Positions 61,099-64,000 of a DNA stretch of 64,000 bases are shown here, piece after piece. The notes beneath the pieces were generated by a model. That model saw only the letters and a list, made by a program, of their open reading frames with translations. It had not been told where the DNA came from and did not search any database. This DNA comes from Lingula anatina (taxonomy: Eukaryota; Animalia; Brachiopoda): contig CM120642.1 of NCBI GenBank assembly GCA_051362555.1, forward strand, positions 21,142,001 to 21,206,000, written 5' to 3'. The stretch's first letter is position 1; each line of letters begins with the position of its first letter. A program made the translations under genes and the position numbers.

Positions 61099-61545
61099 TT
61101 TTCAAAATATGGCAACCAAAAGGTAGAAATCGTACATAAAATGGATTGGAATAAAATGTACAAATTTACAAACTAAAATATTAACATAAAATAAAGGATG
61201 TATATACAACATTGGTCAAAAAGGTTGTCCCACCCCCATTTCCATGTACTTTTATTTACAAATGATCAGCTCACAGGTATAAATTGTTATAACTAGTGCT
61301 TTTTATTCCAGATACCATGTCTAACATGATTAATGGTTCAAAAAATACAAAATAGTGGTGAAAATATACACATTTAATAACATTAAGTCAAATTTATAAG
61401 AGGTACCCCCTCAAATCCAATGTTTCACTGTGATTTCTACAGATGTAAAGAAAGGCCTATTAAATTGAAAAGACGTCATCAAATGTCACCAAATTTACAC
61501 ACAATTAGCATTAGGATGTGCTTGTTAAAGGTCACGTGCCTAATA

Positions 61546-62159
61546 GTAATAATTCCTGGCCATCTCGGCCCGGGTAATGCATACATGTTGGTAATAGGAA
61601 TCCATCATTTACCAGATGTCTGGGAAGGAAGTAAGTTGATAAAGACAAGCACATGCACATGCATGCGGTTTAACATGTCTATGTGCCAATTATGCCAGGA
61701 ATGTGGAGGAAGCGGGTTGTATTCGAATAGATTAAAAATCACTGAAATGCTGCATTGTAGTACGTCGCTTTTCGCTTTATAATAACTTGCGTATTATTGG
61801 GGATATTGGTAGAAAGAAACCTGTCTGATACCTGTAGCGAGAACTAGATATTTATGACGTATTTTAGAAGCAGAATACATCTCTTGGACAAACACATAAC
61901 ACAAATATTTAAAAGTAGATTGTCCAAAAATAACCGTAAGTTATTAGTAATAACAATGGGATTCCCTTTGCATAAATCTGCAAGCGGTTTAGCATTTAAG
62001 ACTTAAATTATGTAGGTGGTAAATACAGCAGTGGCCCCACGAACAGATCCACCAACCTTGTGTGTATGTAACAATAGCATGCACCGTAACGGCATCTGGC
62101 AAATGTAAGGTTCTCATTACCTATTCATCACCCGGGCTGAGATGACCAGGAATTACCAC
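61546..62159. mobile_element. MITE with long imperfect TIRs
   Basis: taattcctggccatctcggcccgggtaatg...catttaccagatg mirrors catctggcaaatg...catcacccgggctgagatgaccaggaatta. Confidence 0.7.
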
Positions 62160-62258
62160 CGCGGTGAAAATTATTTTTCACCGCGGTGAAAATAAATTCC
62201 CACAGAGGTGTAAATTATTTTCCACCACGGTGTAAATTTTTTTTACCGCGGTGAAAAT
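62157..62258. repeat. Five ~21-22-bp units centred on the palindrome CACCGCGGTG
   Basis: caccgcggtg, caccgcggtg, cacagaggtg, caccacggtg and taccgcggtg, separated by A/T spacers. Confidence 0.8.
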
Positions 62259-62832
62259 TCCATAAAATAAAACTTAAATGAAAATAGAAAAAAGTTAATA
62301 TGATACTAACAGAGCGCCATAGACCTGCAAAGAAATTCAAGTCCGTGGAAGTTCACACCATGAAAATGCCAATACGTGAAAAAAAAAAAAACCTACAGAC
62401 TATAACTTACAGAAAAAGAAATTGGACTCAGTGGCCCAATGTCAGTCCACCAGCGATAAACTATCTTGGAAGTTGAATACTGAAAGCTGGTGATCATACT
62501 ACGTCGGAGTCAAAAGGAGGCGTGTTAACTAATCTGATTGCATTTAGCGAAAGTCGCCGAGGAGTAAATGCGAACTTGCTGATACGATAAATTAATTGTG
62601 AACGCAGCCACTGATATCCTTGATCGACGGTCAAATTGACCATGTCGAGAGCCGGGGGGGGGGGGGGGGGTCGTTAACGTTACCCTCTTTCGTACTAGGA
62701 CCTAATGCTCGTTATAAGGGAGTCTTGTAAAAGCCTTGTCTGCAAGCTTCGCCTGCGACATGTAACAGTATTACACTCATTGCGCTCCAAAATATCGCCT
62801 GCTCGTTGCTGAGCTTTATACACCACACCTAC

Positions 62833-62952
62833 CTTAGTTTGTGCATCAGTAAATTGACAAGAAAGTTTGGTGCAAGTACGAAACTTCCATTAAATTCCTG
62901 CCAGTTCAACAGGCTATTGTGTACATTTTCTGCTCCATCTTATGCAGCGTAT
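62833..62952 (-). other. Candidate 5'-UTR exon of gene 3 with two short uORFs
   Basis: ctcccctag acceptor and AAG/GTAGGT donor. The frame leading into exon 59943 contains a stop, so it would be non-coding. Confidence 0.35.
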
Positions 62953-63033
62953 CTAGGGGAGAATGCACGTCATTGGTGGAACGTAAGGATAATCGATTTT
63001 TGAAGACATGGTCAATTTTTATTATTTTTAGTG

Positions 63034-63034
63034 A

Positions 63035-63082
<48 letters not shown>
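63034..63082. repeat. (ATT)n microsatellite
   Basis: Seen directly; it produces the poly-Ile pseudo-ORFs in the track. Confidence 0.9.
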
Positions 63083-64000
63083 GGTAATGAGACCAAGGTA
63101 CACATATATGTCTTTAAATTATACAGGACATCTGTCAAAGAAAGAACTGCATTGTCTCCTTGAATTCCCCAACAGCACATTAATTGTAACCTCCTTACGT
63201 GCCCCGTTTAATCTAAAGCGCTTAGTTCTATCAACCTTTTATAAATGAGAAAATTTGTAAGCATGTTAGTATCATACTATGAAAGCTTTTACTGAGTTGA
63301 AAAGAATTTAATTTGTGATGTTTATTCAAAACTTTTGCACTGAGAAATAGAAAACCGAGAATTTGGTTGGCTGGAGGCAAACCATAACTTGATCACACGT
63401 AGGCCTACCTGGCGCAACTAGCTGTTGGTTCCAAACAGGCTTAGACGTATTTTAGCCCGGTATTGGCTAACAGAGTAACCTTTAAATGCCAGCAGTCAGT
63501 TCCCACTTGTGAGAATCTTTATTAACAATAAAAGTGCTGCGTAAAAATATCAGAAAGATCGGTTATAAAAAAAGAAAAAATGTGACATTGGGTGTGGTCG
63601 TCCCTGGGGGTGGTCGATTTTTTTTTAACAGCGTGATTTCTGCTATCTACCCTTTGACCATTAGAGTTTAAAACCTAAAACCTATCTACCTTTAGATTTC
63701 AGGACATGTAACGTTGGGGATTGATAAACCAGTCATATTTTTATGCATGTACAAAACCCTACACACTCAGAAATCGACAGATGTTGTGACTTAATACCAA
63801 ACAATTTTTTTTACCCAAGAACTGTTATTAACATGTGTTTTTAATAAAAGGGAACAAGAGGACTTGGACCCTAGGATCCCCGATAGAATGGGGTCTTGAT
63901 TTTTTTTTTTTCTTTATATAACTTGACATAAATTCAACCGTATGGCCGAAAATCTGTTATTAAACTTGGTTGGTCAAACTATGCAGGGAATCTCACTTTT

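Noticed and set aside
62157-62258. CRISPR array
   Set aside because: 10-bp repeats with 11-12-bp A/T spacers, eukaryotic context, and no cas genes.
62906-63248. Poly-Ile membrane-protein-like ORFs on both strands
   Set aside because: Artefacts of the (ATT)n microsatellite.

Overview
AT-rich, intron-rich animal genomic DNA. The repeat types suggest a marine invertebrate, plausibly a mollusc or other lophotrochozoan (inference). I reconstructed three host genes by hand from GT-AG exons with consistent phases. (1) The 5' part of nucleoporin Nup188 on the minus strand: 21 coding exons, 627 codons, 26949 down to 2533, running off the left edge. (2) Head-to-head with it, the recombination mediator Swi5 on the plus strand: 3 coding exons, 80 aa, 28931-30228. 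(3) An unrecognised 310-aa gene on the minus strand: 6 exons, 59943-44633, ending RHFAIHPDWG. Between Swi5 and gene 3 is a three-level nest of DNA transposons: an Academ-like element (TAG...CTA ends, ATT TSD) contains a P-like element (CATAG...CTATG ends, 7-bp TSD), which contains a TA-flanked TIR element. The P-like element carries two convergent, spliced, decayed genes, one with a THAP domain and one unrecognised. The rest is Helentron/HINE-like elements with ~161-bp tandem repeats, Harbinger- and CACTA-like MITEs, long foldback hairpins, LINE fragments, a tRNA-His pseudogene and microsatellites. Most ORFs in the supplied track are spurious. No database searches were possible; family names come from recalled motifs.
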